A DNA stretch of 64,000 nt from an uncultured Acetobacteraceae bacterium (GTDB lineage Bacteria > Pseudomonadota > Alphaproteobacteria > Acetobacterales > Acetobacteraceae): the NCBI GenBank assembly GCA_964244615.1, contig CAXTJP010000001.1, forward strand, positions 27,488-91,487, in the 5' to 3' direction. Below are positions 46,201 to 55,914 of the stretch, in pieces. Both the position numbers and the translations under genes were made by a program. A model generated the notes under the pieces. It searched no databases and was not told the DNA's origin. It saw nothing but the letters and a program-made list of their open reading frames with translations. Positions within the stretch are counted from its first letter, which is position 1, and each line of letters begins with the position of its first letter.

Positions 46201-47409
46201 ATGTCGGAGTTCAGCCGGGTCAGAGCATCGCTGCAATCCCGCCTGCCCGGCCATGCGCTGCCGCAGGCGCTCTACGCCACCGAGGAAGCCTACGAATTCG
46301 ACCTGCGCGCGATCTTCGGGCGCGCTTGGGTGCTGGCCGGCCTGGAATCGGAGCTGCCCGCGCCCGGCTCGGCGCTGGCGCTCACCATCGGCACCTCGCC
46401 CATCGTGGTGCTGCGCGACAAGGCGGGCACGATACGCGGCTTCCACAATTCCTGCCGGCACCGCGGCGCGATGGTCTGCCCGCCCGGCCGCAGCCAGCGG
46501 CCGGTGCTGGTCTGCCCATACCACCAGTGGAGCTACGACCTGACTGGCCGCCTCGTGAGTGCCCGGCGCATGCAGGACGATTTCGACAAGGCCACCCATG
46601 GCCTGCGGCCGATCGAGGTGCGCAACGTCGCCGGCTGCCTGTATGTGAGCCTGTCGGAGGATCCGCCGCCCTTCGACGCGTTCAGCGCCGGCCTGGCCCC
46701 CCTGCTGGCGCCGCACGATCTGGCGAACGCGAAACTGGCGCACGAGGCGGTGTTCATCGAGCGCGCGAACTGGAAGCTGGTGATGGAGAACGCGCGCGAG
46801 TGCTACCACTGCGCGGTGCGCCACCCGGACCTGTCGATCGCCTTCCCGACCGAGGTGCGCGCCCATTTCGAGGGCGACGAGGAGGGCCGCGTAGAGCGTT
46901 TCAACGCCCGCATGGAACGCGCCGGCCTGCCGGTCGGACCCTCCCTGGGCGACTGGTGGGGTGCCGTCCGCTTCCCGCTCAACGACGGCGTGGTGTCGCT
47001 CACCATGGACGGCAAGCACGCCGTCTCCCGCCTGATGATCGAGCAGGAGGCGGGCGATGTCGGATCGGTGCGCTGGGCCGGCGAGCCGAACAGTTTCTGC
47101 CACGCGGTGGCCGACCACGTGTTCGTCTTCACCGCCGAGCCGACCGGGCCGCAGGAGACGCTGGTGACCGCCAAGTGGTTCGTCCACAAGGACGCCGTCG
47201 AGGGCACGGACTACCATCTGGAGAACCTGGTGGCGCTGTGGATGACGACCAACCAGCAGGACATAGAGCTGGTGGAGAACAACCAGCGCGGCGTGAACTC
47301 GATGGGCTACCTGCCGGGGCCATACTCGGAGGAGGCGGAAGCGCTGGTCGGCCGCTTCACGAACTGGTACTGCGCGCAGGCCGAACAGGCGTTGGAGCGG
47401 ATGGACTGA
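46201..47409 (+). CDS. Rieske oxygenase alpha subunit (GbcA/Stc2/CntA-like quaternary amine oxygenase family)
   Basis: Motifs CRHRG, CPYHQW, ENARECYHCAVRH and QQDIELVE; GGAGG RBS before ATG 46201. Confidence 0.92.
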   Translation: MSEFSRVRASLQSRLPGHALPQALYATEEAYEFDLRAIFGRAWVLAGLESELPAPGSALALTIGTSPIVVLRDKAGTIRGFHNSCRHRGAMVCPPGRSQRPVLVCPYHQWSYDLTGRLVSARRMQDDFDKATHGLRPIEVRNVAGCLYVSLSEDPPPFDAFSAGLAPLLAPHDLANAKLAHEAVFIERANWKLVMENARECYHCAVRHPDLSIAFPTEVRAHFEGDEEGRVERFNARMERAGLPVGPSLGDWWGAVRFPLNDGVVSLTMDGKHAVSRLMIEQEAGDVGSVRWAGEPNSFCHAVADHVFVFTAEPTGPQETLVTAKWFVHKDAVEGTDYHLENLVALWMTTNQQDIELVENNQRGVNSMGYLPGPYSEEAEALVGRFTNWYCAQAEQALERMD

Positions 47410-47410
47410 C

Positions 47411-48673
47411 ATGGACGGTCCGGCCGGCAGGTTCCTGCATCGCGAAACGCTGACGGTGACCGCCGGCTACGATGCGGCCCAGCATCACGGGTCGATCAAG
47501 CCGCCGCTGTTCGCCAGCTCCACCTTCGCCTATCGCAGCGCGCAGCACGCCAAGGACGTGCACCAGGCCTATTTCCGCGCCACACCGCCAGAGGCAGGCG
47601 CCGAGCCGGGCTACATCTACGCCCGGCTGGACCACCCGAACATGGCGATGCTGCAGGCCAGGCTGGCCGTGCTGGACGGCGCCGAGGATTCGGCGGTGTT
47701 CAACTGCGGCATGGCGGCCATCAACGCCATCGCCCAGGCGTTCCTGCGGCCGGGGGACACGGTGCTGCACACCAGGCCGCTGTACGGCGGCACCGACGGG
47801 CTGCTCTACAGCCACCTCGCGGCGTTCGGCGTGACACCCGTGGGCATCGCCGACGCGCTGGACGCGGACAGCATACGGGCCGCCGCCCACGAGGCCGCGT
47901 CGCGCGGCCGCATCGGGCTGGTGATGGTGGAGACGCCGGCAAACCCCACCAGCGGCATCGCCGACATCGCGCTGATCGCCGAGGTCGCGTCCGAGATCGG
48001 GCGCGCGCAGGCAACCCGGCCGCTGGTGGTGGTGGACAACACGTTCCTGGGGCCGTTCCAGCAGAACCCGCTGGCCCAGGGTGCCGACCTCTGCGTGACG
48101 TCGCTGACGAAATACGCGGGCGGGCACAGCGATCTTCTGGCCGGCGGAATCAGCGGCGCCGCCGCCCCGATCCACACCCTGAAGCAGCTGCGCACCCTGC
48201 TGGGCAGCCAGCTGGACGGTCATTCGTGCTGGATGGTGCTGCGGTCGCTGGAGACGATGCATTTGCGCACCGAGCGGGCCGGGCGCAACGCCCTGGCGGT
48301 GGCGGACTTCCTGCGCGGCCACCCGGCCGTCGCTTCGGTCAACTACGTGGGCTTCCAGGCGCCCGGCAGCCGCGCGCACGCCGTGTTCGCGCGCCAGTGC
48401 GGCGGGGCGGGTTCGACCTTCACCTTCCGCATCCATGGCGGGGAGCCGGCAGCGTTCCGCATGCTCGACCGGCTGCGTGTCATTCAGATGGCGGTCAGCC
48501 TGGGCGGCACCGAAACACTGATCTGCCATTCGGCCACCACCACCCACGCCAACGTGCCCGCCGCGCGACGGCTGGATGTGGGGATCGACGACAGCTCGCT
48601 GCGCATCTCCGTGGGCGTGGAGCACCAGGACGACCTGATCGAGGACCTGCGCCAGGCGCTGGAGGCGGTCTGA
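47411..48673 (+). CDS. PLP-dependent Cys/Met metabolism enzyme (cystathionine gamma-synthase / methionine gamma-lyase family)
   Basis: Motifs KPPLFASSTF, YIYARL, GMAAI, PLYGGT, VVDNT, PLP lysine SLTKYAGGHSD, VSLGGTETL and RISVGVE. Confidence 0.9.
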   Translation: MDGPAGRFLHRETLTVTAGYDAAQHHGSIKPPLFASSTFAYRSAQHAKDVHQAYFRATPPEAGAEPGYIYARLDHPNMAMLQARLAVLDGAEDSAVFNCGMAAINAIAQAFLRPGDTVLHTRPLYGGTDGLLYSHLAAFGVTPVGIADALDADSIRAAAHEAASRGRIGLVMVETPANPTSGIADIALIAEVASEIGRAQATRPLVVVDNTFLGPFQQNPLAQGADLCVTSLTKYAGGHSDLLAGGISGAAAPIHTLKQLRTLLGSQLDGHSCWMVLRSLETMHLRTERAGRNALAVADFLRGHPAVASVNYVGFQAPGSRAHAVFARQCGGAGSTFTFRIHGGEPAAFRMLDRLRVIQMAVSLGGTETLICHSATTTHANVPAARRLDVGIDDSSLRISVGVEHQDDLIEDLRQALEAV

Positions 48674-50223
48674 TGGACGCGACACCAGAATCGCTGCGCG
48701 GCACCGACCCTTGCGCCATCGACGGCAAGTTCGTGGCCCCGGACGAGCATGCCCAGCTGCTCGTGGTGGGGGCGGGCCCGGCCGGGATCGCCGCGGCGCT
48801 GGAGGGGGCGCGGCTCGGCCTGCGCGTGGTGCTGGTGGACGAGAACCCGGTTTCGGCCTCGCTGATGGGGCTGGACGTGCCGCTGTTCTACGGCCAGCGC
48901 ATGACGGCGTCGGTGCAGGAGCCGGCCCGGATGATCGGGCGCCTGGTCGCATCCACACCCGGCCTGGAAGCGGCGTTCGACGCCGGCGTGGACGTGCGGC
49001 TCGGCATCACCGTCTGGGGCGTGTTCGTCAACGGCGCGGCCCTGAGCGCCCTGCCCGTCCGGGTCGCCGGCCTGTCGGACGGAACAAGAAGCTGGATGTG
49101 CGGCTTCGACGCGCTGATCCTGGCCACCGGCGCGCGCGACCTGGTGCTGGGCTTCCCCGGCGTGGACATCCCCGGCGTGATGGGTGCCCGCGCGCTGCAC
49201 AGCCTGCTGGCCCGCTACGACGCGTTTGACGGCCACCGGCTGCTGATCCTCGGCTCCGGCGACCTGGCCGTGCAGACCGCCCTGCTCGCGCTGGATCGCG
49301 GGCTGCAGGTGGCGGCCCTGGTCGAGGTGTTGCCCGAGGCGCAGGCCGCCCCGGCGTGGGCGGCCTCGCTCACGGCACGGGGGGTTGCGATCCTGACAGG
49401 GGCCACGGTCCTGCGGGCGGAAGGCGTGGGACTAGGCCTGGCCGCGGCGGTGGTCCGCCGGGACGGCGTGGAGCAGCGCCTGGCGTGCGATACCGTCTGC
49501 CTGGCCATCGATGCCGTGCCGGCGATCGAGCTGGCGGGGGCCGCGGGCTGCCGCCTCACCTATCGCGGCGACCTGGGCGGCCACGTGCCGCTTTTGTCGG
49601 CGGACGGCGCAACCTCGCTGCCCGGGACGTTCTGCGCCGGCGACTGTGCCGGCCTGGCCGACGATGCCGCGTGCGAAGACCAGGGCCGCGCGTCCGCACG
49701 CGCCGCCGCACGATGGCTGGAAACCCGCGCGCCGACACAGGCGGCGCCCGCATCCTCACTTGGCCAGGACGGCACGGCGTATCGCCTGGCGTGGATGCGC
49801 GCGCTGCTGATCGAGGAGAGCGTGTCGGCGCCGGTCTGCCTGTGCGAGGAGGTGAGCCGTGCCGAGCTGCTCGGCCTCAAGCCGCCGCGCTACCTCGGCT
49901 GCGCGTCCGAACGGATGGCGGCGCGCGACGGCGCCAGCCTGCTGCGCGACGGGCCGCTGCACCCGGACCAGGTCAAGCGGCTGACCCGCGCCGGCATGGG
50001 CGTGTGCCAGGGCAGGCGGTGCCGCGAACAGATCGCGCTGCTGCTGGCACTGACCTCCGGCGCCTCGCCCGCGGACATCCCGCTGGCGAGCTATCGTGCG
50101 CCGGTGCGGCCGTTGCCGTTGGGCGTGCTGGCCGATCACGCCACGATGCGCGATGGATGGGACGTCTGGTTCGGGATAGGGACGCAGTGGGTGCCGTATG
50201 ACGTGATAGAGACAGGCAAGTGA
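48673..50223 (+). CDS. FAD-dependent oxidoreductase with C-terminal BFD-like [2Fe-2S] domain (opine oxidase A / HcnB-like)
   Basis: Motifs VVGAGPAG, LATGARD, FPGVDIPGV, AGD, VCLCEEV and KRLTRAGMGVCQGRRC; TGATG overlap with the upstream gene. Confidence 0.85.
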   Translation: MDATPESLRGTDPCAIDGKFVAPDEHAQLLVVGAGPAGIAAALEGARLGLRVVLVDENPVSASLMGLDVPLFYGQRMTASVQEPARMIGRLVASTPGLEAAFDAGVDVRLGITVWGVFVNGAALSALPVRVAGLSDGTRSWMCGFDALILATGARDLVLGFPGVDIPGVMGARALHSLLARYDAFDGHRLLILGSGDLAVQTALLALDRGLQVAALVEVLPEAQAAPAWAASLTARGVAILTGATVLRAEGVGLGLAAAVVRRDGVEQRLACDTVCLAIDAVPAIELAGAAGCRLTYRGDLGGHVPLLSADGATSLPGTFCAGDCAGLADDAACEDQGRASARAAARWLETRAPTQAAPASSLGQDGTAYRLAWMRALLIEESVSAPVCLCEEVSRAELLGLKPPRYLGCASERMAARDGASLLRDGPLHPDQVKRLTRAGMGVCQGRRCREQIALLLALTSGASPADIPLASYRAPVRPLPLGVLADHATMRDGWDVWFGIGTQWVPYDVIETGK

Positions 50224-50326
50224 AGCACTCCTTTTTTGAAAAGGAGCAGAAGACTCTTGTCCGTTTGGCGCGCGACAGCCGGACAAAAGTTCTTTGGTTC
50301 TTTCTTTCAAGAAAGAACTCTTGCCT
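50214..50326 (+). repeat. AT-rich MITE/REP-like element, copy E (113 bp)
   Basis: Exact terminal inverted repeats AGGCAAG / CTTGCCT; internal TTGTCCG...CGGACAA stem; fills the whole gap between two operon genes. Confidence 0.85.
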
Positions 50327-51457
50327 ATGATCGCCGTCATCGGCGGCGGCGTCACCGGCCTCAGCGCCGCCTGGTGGCTCGCCCGCGCCGGCCACGACGT
50401 GACCGTGTTCGAGCGCTTCATCGTCGGCTGGGAAGCGTCCGGCCGCAACGGCGGCGGCGCCACACACTACCAGAGCCCGCTGTTCCACGAGGAGCAGCGC
50501 CTGTGGCCGATGATGGACGACCTGCTCGGCTACCCGACCGAGTACCAACGCCGGCGTATCGTCATCAACCTGACGCCGGAGGACGAGGCACGCTACCGGG
50601 CCATGGCGACGCTCACGCGCACGATGGGCTACGAATCCGAAGAGCTCGACGTGAAGCAGTTGCGCGAGCTGGCGCCCTTGGCCACCGAGCAGGCGCTCAG
50701 CGCGCAGTATTTTCGTTTCGGCGGCCACGCCAACCCGCAGCGCACCGTGCAAGCCTATGCCTGGGCGCTGCAGGACCATGGCGGCCGCATCCTGCAGCAC
50801 ACCGACGTGCACGGTTTGAAGACCCGAAACGGCCGCGTCACCGAGATCCTTGCCGGTGGCGACAGGCACGGTTGCGATGCCGTCGTCATCGCGGCGGGGC
50901 CGCAGACCGCGTCCCTGCTGGCGCAACTGGGCGTGGACCTGCCGCTGGCCGCGGCACGGGCCGAAATGATCGTGACCGAGGCGCTGCCGCTGATGCCGGT
51001 GGGCGGCGTGGACGGCAACGGGCTTTACGGCCGGCAGACACGACGCGGCAACCTCGCCTATGGCGGCGGCCCGCATGAGTGGCTGGAGGACGACGCCCAC
51101 CTGCAAGCGGCGCGGCCGACCACGCCGCTGCTGCGCAACCTGGCGGCACGGCTGGCGACGCTGTTCCCGCGCGCCGCGCATGCGCGCGTGCTGCGAAGCT
51201 GGGCCGGCATCGTCGAGAACACGCCGGATGGCCGCCCGGTGCTCGACCGGCTGAGCGCGCCCGACAACGTCACGGTGGCCACGATGTCCAGCGTCGGCTT
51301 CGGGCTGTCGCCGGCGACCGGCCGCGCGGTCGCCGACCTGGTGACGACCGGCGCTTGCAGCTTCACCGACATCGCCAAGCTCGGCATCGGACGGTTCGCC
51401 GGGCTGCCGGCGGATTGGCGCGCGGCGCGTGGATGGCAGGCGCTGGTTCCCGCGTGA
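50327..51457 (+). CDS. D-amino-acid oxidase family FAD-binding oxidoreductase (opine oxidase B / HcnC-like)
   Basis: Motifs VIGGGVTG, ASGRNGGG, HANPQ, RSWAG..TPDGRP and GFGLSPATG; ATG 50327 directly follows element E. Confidence 0.88.
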   Translation: MIAVIGGGVTGLSAAWWLARAGHDVTVFERFIVGWEASGRNGGGATHYQSPLFHEEQRLWPMMDDLLGYPTEYQRRRIVINLTPEDEARYRAMATLTRTMGYESEELDVKQLRELAPLATEQALSAQYFRFGGHANPQRTVQAYAWALQDHGGRILQHTDVHGLKTRNGRVTEILAGGDRHGCDAVVIAAGPQTASLLAQLGVDLPLAAARAEMIVTEALPLMPVGGVDGNGLYGRQTRRGNLAYGGGPHEWLEDDAHLQAARPTTPLLRNLAARLATLFPRAAHARVLRSWAGIVENTPDGRPVLDRLSAPDNVTVATMSSVGFGLSPATGRAVADLVTTGACSFTDIAKLGIGRFAGLPADWRAARGWQALVPA

Positions 51458-52710
51458 CGCGGCGGTTTTCGATCGTCTCGCTGCTCGCCCAGGCGGCGAA
51501 GGGGCAGAAGGGCTGGGCGCCGCAATGGCGGTCGCCCGAGCCCAAATCCGAGTACGACGCGCTGATCGTGGGCGGCGGCGGGCATGGTCTGGCCTGCGCC
51601 TACTACCTGGCGAAGACCTACGGGTTGAAGAACGTCGCGGTCATCGAAAAAGGCCTGGTCGGCTCTGGCAATGTCGGGCGCAACACCACCATCATCCGGT
51701 CGAACTACTTACTGCCGGGCAACATCCCGTTCTACGAAAAGTCTTTGAGTTTGTGGGAGGGGCTGGAGCAGGAGATCAACTACAACGCGATGATCAGCCA
51801 GCGCGGCGTGCTGAACCTGTTCCATTCCGACGGCCAGCGCGATGCGGCGATCCGGCGCGGCAACGCGATGCTGCTGCACGGCATCGACGCGCGATTGCTG
51901 AGCCGCGACGAGATACGCGCGCGCCACCCGTTCCTGGATTTCGACACCGCGCGCTTCCCGATCATGGGCGGCCTGCTGCAGCAGCGCGGCGGCACCGTGC
52001 GGCACGACGCCGTCGCCTGGGGCTATGCGCGCGCGGCGGACAGGCTCGGCGTGGACATCTTGCAGCATTGCGAGCTGACGGGGCTGCGCATCGAGGGCGG
52101 CCGGGTGATCGGTGCGGAAACCTCGCGCGGGTTCATCGGCGCCAGAAAGATCGGTCTGTCGGTCGCCGGCAACTCGTCGCGCGTGGCCGCCATGGCAGGC
52201 TTGCGCTTGCCGATAGAGAGCCACGTGCTGACCGCCTTCGTGAGCGAGGGCATAAAGCCGATGATCGACTGCGTGATCACCTTCGGCGCGGGGCATTTCT
52301 ACATCAGCCAGTCGGACAAAGGCGGTCTGGTGTTCGGCGCCAGCGTGGACGGCTACAACTCCTACGCCCAGCGCGGCAACCTGCCGTGCATGGAGGAGAC
52401 CTGCGAGGAGGCGATGGCGTTGATGCCGTCGATCGGCCGGCTGCGCATGCTGCGCAGCTGGGGCGGTGTCATGGACATGACGATGGATGGCAGCCCGATC
52501 ATCGACCGCACGCCGGTCGAGGGTCTTTACTTCAACGGCGGCTGGTGCATCGGCGGCTTCAAGGCGACACCCGCCGCCGGCCTGTGCCTTGCCCACCTGA
52601 TGGCAAAAGACGAGCCGCACCCAGTGGCAACGAAGTACCGCCTGGACCGCTTCGCCACCGGCCACCTGCTCGACGAAACCGGCGGCGGCACCAACATGGC
52701 ACTCCATTGA
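51454..52710 (+). CDS. soxB: Heterotetrameric sarcosine oxidase beta subunit
   Basis: Motifs GGGGHGLACAYYLAK, GNVGRNTTIIRSNY, RHDAVAWGYA and GWCIGGFKATP; GTG start. Confidence 0.92.
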   Translation: MTRRFSIVSLLAQAAKGQKGWAPQWRSPEPKSEYDALIVGGGGHGLACAYYLAKTYGLKNVAVIEKGLVGSGNVGRNTTIIRSNYLLPGNIPFYEKSLSLWEGLEQEINYNAMISQRGVLNLFHSDGQRDAAIRRGNAMLLHGIDARLLSRDEIRARHPFLDFDTARFPIMGGLLQQRGGTVRHDAVAWGYARAADRLGVDILQHCELTGLRIEGGRVIGAETSRGFIGARKIGLSVAGNSSRVAAMAGLRLPIESHVLTAFVSEGIKPMIDCVITFGAGHFYISQSDKGGLVFGASVDGYNSYAQRGNLPCMEETCEEAMALMPSIGRLRMLRSWGGVMDMTMDGSPIIDRTPVEGLYFNGGWCIGGFKATPAAGLCLAHLMAKDEPHPVATKYRLDRFATGHLLDETGGGTNMALH

Positions 52711-52750
52711 TAAAGATCTTCCGGTTCTTTTCTTCAGAGAACGCCTGTCC
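52711..52750 (+). repeat. Right-arm remnant of the AT-rich element
   Basis: AAAGATCTTCCGGTTCTTTTCTTCAGAGAACGCCTG resembles the right arm GGTTCTTT(C)TTCAAGAAAGAAC..CTTGCCT. Confidence 0.5.
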
Positions 52751-52996
52751 ATGCGCCTGACCTGCCCTTTCTGCGGCGAACGCGGCCTGGAAGAATTCGT
52801 GTACGCAGGCGACGCAACCCTCTCCCGTCCCGGCTCGAACGCCGAGCCTTCTGCCTGGGTGGACTACGTGTATTTCCGGGACAACCAAGCAGGCCCGCAC
52901 AGCGAACTCTGGTACCACGCCGCCGCGTGCCGGCAGTTCCTGACGGTGGAACGCGACACGCGCACGCATGAAGTGCTCTCGACGGTCGTCCGGTGA
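52751..52996 (+). CDS. soxD: Sarcosine oxidase delta subunit
   Basis: Zn-binding pattern CPFCGER..EEF, YVYFRDN, WYHAAACRQF and RDTRTHE. Confidence 0.92.
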   Translation: MRLTCPFCGERGLEEFVYAGDATLSRPGSNAEPSAWVDYVYFRDNQAGPHSELWYHAAACRQFLTVERDTRTHEVLSTVVR

Positions 52997-55914
52997 CACA
53001 GGCGTTTCGCAGTGAAACAGGCGGCCGGATCGACCGGGCGCGTCCTGTCGCGTTCACGTTCGACGGCAAGCGGCTCGAGGGGTTCGAGGGCGACACGCTG
53101 GCCTCCGCCCTGCTCGCCAACGGCGTGCGGCTGGTCGGCCGGTCGTTCAAGTATCATCGGCCGCGCGGCGTCCTGTCGGCCGGGCCGGAGGAGCCGAACG
53201 CGCTGGTCGAGTTGCGCGAAGGTGCCGCACGCGAGCCGAACACGCGGGCGACGACCGCGGAACTGTTCGAAGGCTTGCGGGCGAAGAGCCAGAACCGTTT
53301 TCCCAGCCTGCGACACGATTTTCTCGCGATCAACGGCGTGCTGGCTCCGGTGTTGGGGGCGGGCTTCTACTACAAGACGTTCATGTGGCCCGCGGCGTTC
53401 TGGGAGCGTGTTTACGAGCCGCTGATCCGTCGGGCCGCCGGGCTCGGCCGCGCTTCCGGGTTGCCCGACCCGGATGCCTACGAGAAGCAGACGGCTTTTG
53501 CCGACGTGCTCATCATCGGCGCGGGTCCGGCCGGTCTGGCGGCCGCCCTGGCGGCGGCCGATGGCGGTGCGCGGGTGGTGCTGGCGGAGCAGGATTTCGC
53601 CATCGGCGGCCGGCTGCTGTCGGACCGCCGGACGATCGCCGGGCAGCCCGCCAGCGTGTGGCTCGCCGAAGCCGAGGCGAGGTTGCGCGCGGCCCCTGGC
53701 GTGCGGCTCCTGACACGCACGACCATCACCGGCGTCTACGACGGTGGCACCTATGCCGGCGTGGAGCGTGTGAGCGACCATCTGGCGCAGCCCGGCACGC
53801 TGCCGAGGCAGCGTCTGTGGCGCATCGTGGCGCCGCGCGCGGTGCTGGCGACCGGCGCCATCGAACGGCCGCTGGTGTTCGGCGGCAACGACCTGCCGGG
53901 CGTGATGCTGGCCGGCGCGGTGCGCAGCTACGTCAACCGCTTCGGTGTCAGGCCGGGCACGCGCGCCGTGGTGTTTGCCAACAACGACGATGCTGCCGGC
54001 ACGATTGGGGATCTCGCTCAGGCGGGCATCGAAGTCGCAGGCCTCGTCGATGCGCGGCCGGAGACGCCGCCTGCGTTGCGGGCGTGGGCGAAGTCGTTCG
54101 GGGTTCCGGTGTTCGGCGGGGCGACGGTCCAGCAGGCGGTGGGCGGTGCAGCGCTGAAGGGCGTGGTGCTCGGCGGCGACGCTGCGGGCACCAGGCTCGC
54201 CTGCGACCTGCTCGCAATGTCCGGCGGGTGGAACCCCGCGGTCCACCTCGCCTCGCATCATGGCGGCAAGCCCGTGTGGCAGGAGGCACTCGCAGCCTTC
54301 GTGCCTGGCCCCATGCCCCCCGGCATGCAGGCGGCCGGTGCGGCGGCCGGGCATTTCTGCCTGCGCGACGCGCTCGCGACCGGTGCGGCGGCGGGTGGCG
54401 GCGCGGCCGATGTGGCGCCATCGACGGGTGAGGAGAATGCGGCGGTGACGCCGCTCTGGGAGGTGCCCGACGCGACCGGGAAGGCGTTCGTGGATTTCCA
54501 GAACGACGTCATCGCGTCCGACGTGGCGCTCGCCGCGCGTGAGGGTTTCACCGCGGTCGAGCACCTCAAGCGCTACACCACGCTCGGCATGGCGACGGAC
54601 CAGGGCAAGACGTCCAATGTGACGGGCCTGGCGATGATGGCGGCGCTGACCGGGCGGACGATCGCCCAGACCGGCACGACCGTGTTCCGGCCGCCCTACA
54701 CGCCCGTCGCCATCGGGGTGATGGCGGGCCCGCATCGCGGCGCGCATTGGCGGCCGACGCGTCGCACGCCCGCGCATGAATGGGCGCTGGCGCAGGGCGC
54801 GGCCTTTGTCGAGGCGGGCGAGTGGCTGCGCGCGACGCATTTCGCCCAGCCCGACGAGACGATGCAGCAGAGCGTAAACCGCGAGGTGCGCCTGGTGCGG
54901 CGATCGGCGGGGTTCTGCGACGTGTCCACGCTCGGGAAGATCGACGTGCAGGGCCCCGATGCCGCGGCGTTTCTTGACTTCGTCTATGCAAACACCATCG
55001 CCAGCCTGGCGCCCGGCCGGGTGCGTTACGCGCTGATGCTGCGCGAGGATGGGTTTGCCTTCGACGACGGCACCGTGGCAAGGCTGTCGGACACGCATTT
55101 CGTGGCGACCATGACGACGGCCAACGCGTGGCGCGTGCTGCAACACCTGGATTTCTGCCGGCAAAGGCTCAAGCCGGAGCTCGATGTCTGCGTGGAGCCG
55201 GTCACCGACCAGTGGGCGCAGTTCGCGTTGGCGGGACCGCAGGCGCGCTCGGTGCTCGAGACGGTTGTCGGCACTGCCGATGTCAGCGATGGCGGGTTGC
55301 CGTTCATGGCGATGACCGAGGCGATCGTCTGCGGCGTTCCCGCCCGGATTTTCCGCATCTCGTTCTCCGGCGAACTGGCCTACGAAGTCGCGGTCGGCGC
55401 CTCGCACGCCGCGGCCCTGGCGGGGGCGTTGCAGGCGGCCGGCGCCGTCCCTTACGGGGTGGAGGCGTTGAACGTCTTGCGCCTGGAGAAGGGCCATCCC
55501 GTGGGCGCGGAGCTGAACGGGCAGACCACCGCGGCCGATCTGGGGCTGGGCCGCATGCTGAAGAAGAAGGATTTCATCGGCCGCGCGCTGTCGGCACGTC
55601 CGGCGCTGCTGGACCCCGAACGGCCGGCGCTGGTCGGGCTGCGCCCCCGTGCGCCGGGTGCTGTGCTGCAGGCGGGCGCACATCTGGTCCCGGCCGGTGC
55701 TGCCGGGCACAGCGCGAACGATCATGGCACCGTCACGTCCGCCGCCTACTCGGCCACGTTGGGATGCTGGATCGGCCTTGGTCTGCTGGCGGGTGGCCAG
55801 CGGCGCGTGGGCGAAGTGTATCGCGCCGTCAACCCGCTGCAGAAGACGGCGACGGAGGTGGACATCGTGTCCCAGATGTTCCACGACCCGGCGGGGCTGT
55901 CGCTGCGTGGCTGA
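52993..55914 (+). CDS. soxA: Sarcosine oxidase alpha subunit
   Basis: Motifs GRSFKYHRPRG, VDFQNDV, HLKRYTTLGMATDQGK, DVSTLGKID and a GcvT-like C-terminus. Confidence 0.94.
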   Translation: MTQAFRSETGGRIDRARPVAFTFDGKRLEGFEGDTLASALLANGVRLVGRSFKYHRPRGVLSAGPEEPNALVELREGAAREPNTRATTAELFEGLRAKSQNRFPSLRHDFLAINGVLAPVLGAGFYYKTFMWPAAFWERVYEPLIRRAAGLGRASGLPDPDAYEKQTAFADVLIIGAGPAGLAAALAAADGGARVVLAEQDFAIGGRLLSDRRTIAGQPASVWLAEAEARLRAAPGVRLLTRTTITGVYDGGTYAGVERVSDHLAQPGTLPRQRLWRIVAPRAVLATGAIERPLVFGGNDLPGVMLAGAVRSYVNRFGVRPGTRAVVFANNDDAAGTIGDLAQAGIEVAGLVDARPETPPALRAWAKSFGVPVFGGATVQQAVGGAALKGVVLGGDAAGTRLACDLLAMSGGWNPAVHLASHHGGKPVWQEALAAFVPGPMPPGMQAAGAAAGHFCLRDALATGAAAGGGAADVAPSTGEENAAVTPLWEVPDATGKAFVDFQNDVIASDVALAAREGFTAVEHLKRYTTLGMATDQGKTSNVTGLAMMAALTGRTIAQTGTTVFRPPYTPVAIGVMAGPHRGAHWRPTRRTPAHEWALAQGAAFVEAGEWLRATHFAQPDETMQQSVNREVRLVRRSAGFCDVSTLGKIDVQGPDAAAFLDFVYANTIASLAPGRVRYALMLREDGFAFDDGTVARLSDTHFVATMTTANAWRVLQHLDFCRQRLKPELDVCVEPVTDQWAQFALAGPQARSVLETVVGTADVSDGGLPFMAMTEAIVCGVPARIFRISFSGELAYEVAVGASHAAALAGALQAAGAVPYGVEALNVLRLEKGHPVGAELNGQTTAADLGLGRMLKKKDFIGRALSARPALLDPERPALVGLRPRAPGAVLQAGAHLVPAGAAGHSANDHGTVTSAAYSATLGCWIGLGLLAGGQRRVGEVYRAVNPLQKTATEVDIVSQMFHDPAGLSLRG

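Noticed and set aside
50294-50326. ORF-track starts inside repeats (MVLSFKKELLP at 50294; MVLFKKEP at 61784)
   Set aside because: These are translations of the element right arm; the DAO-family protein logically starts at ATG 50327, and 61784 is out of frame with the MFS
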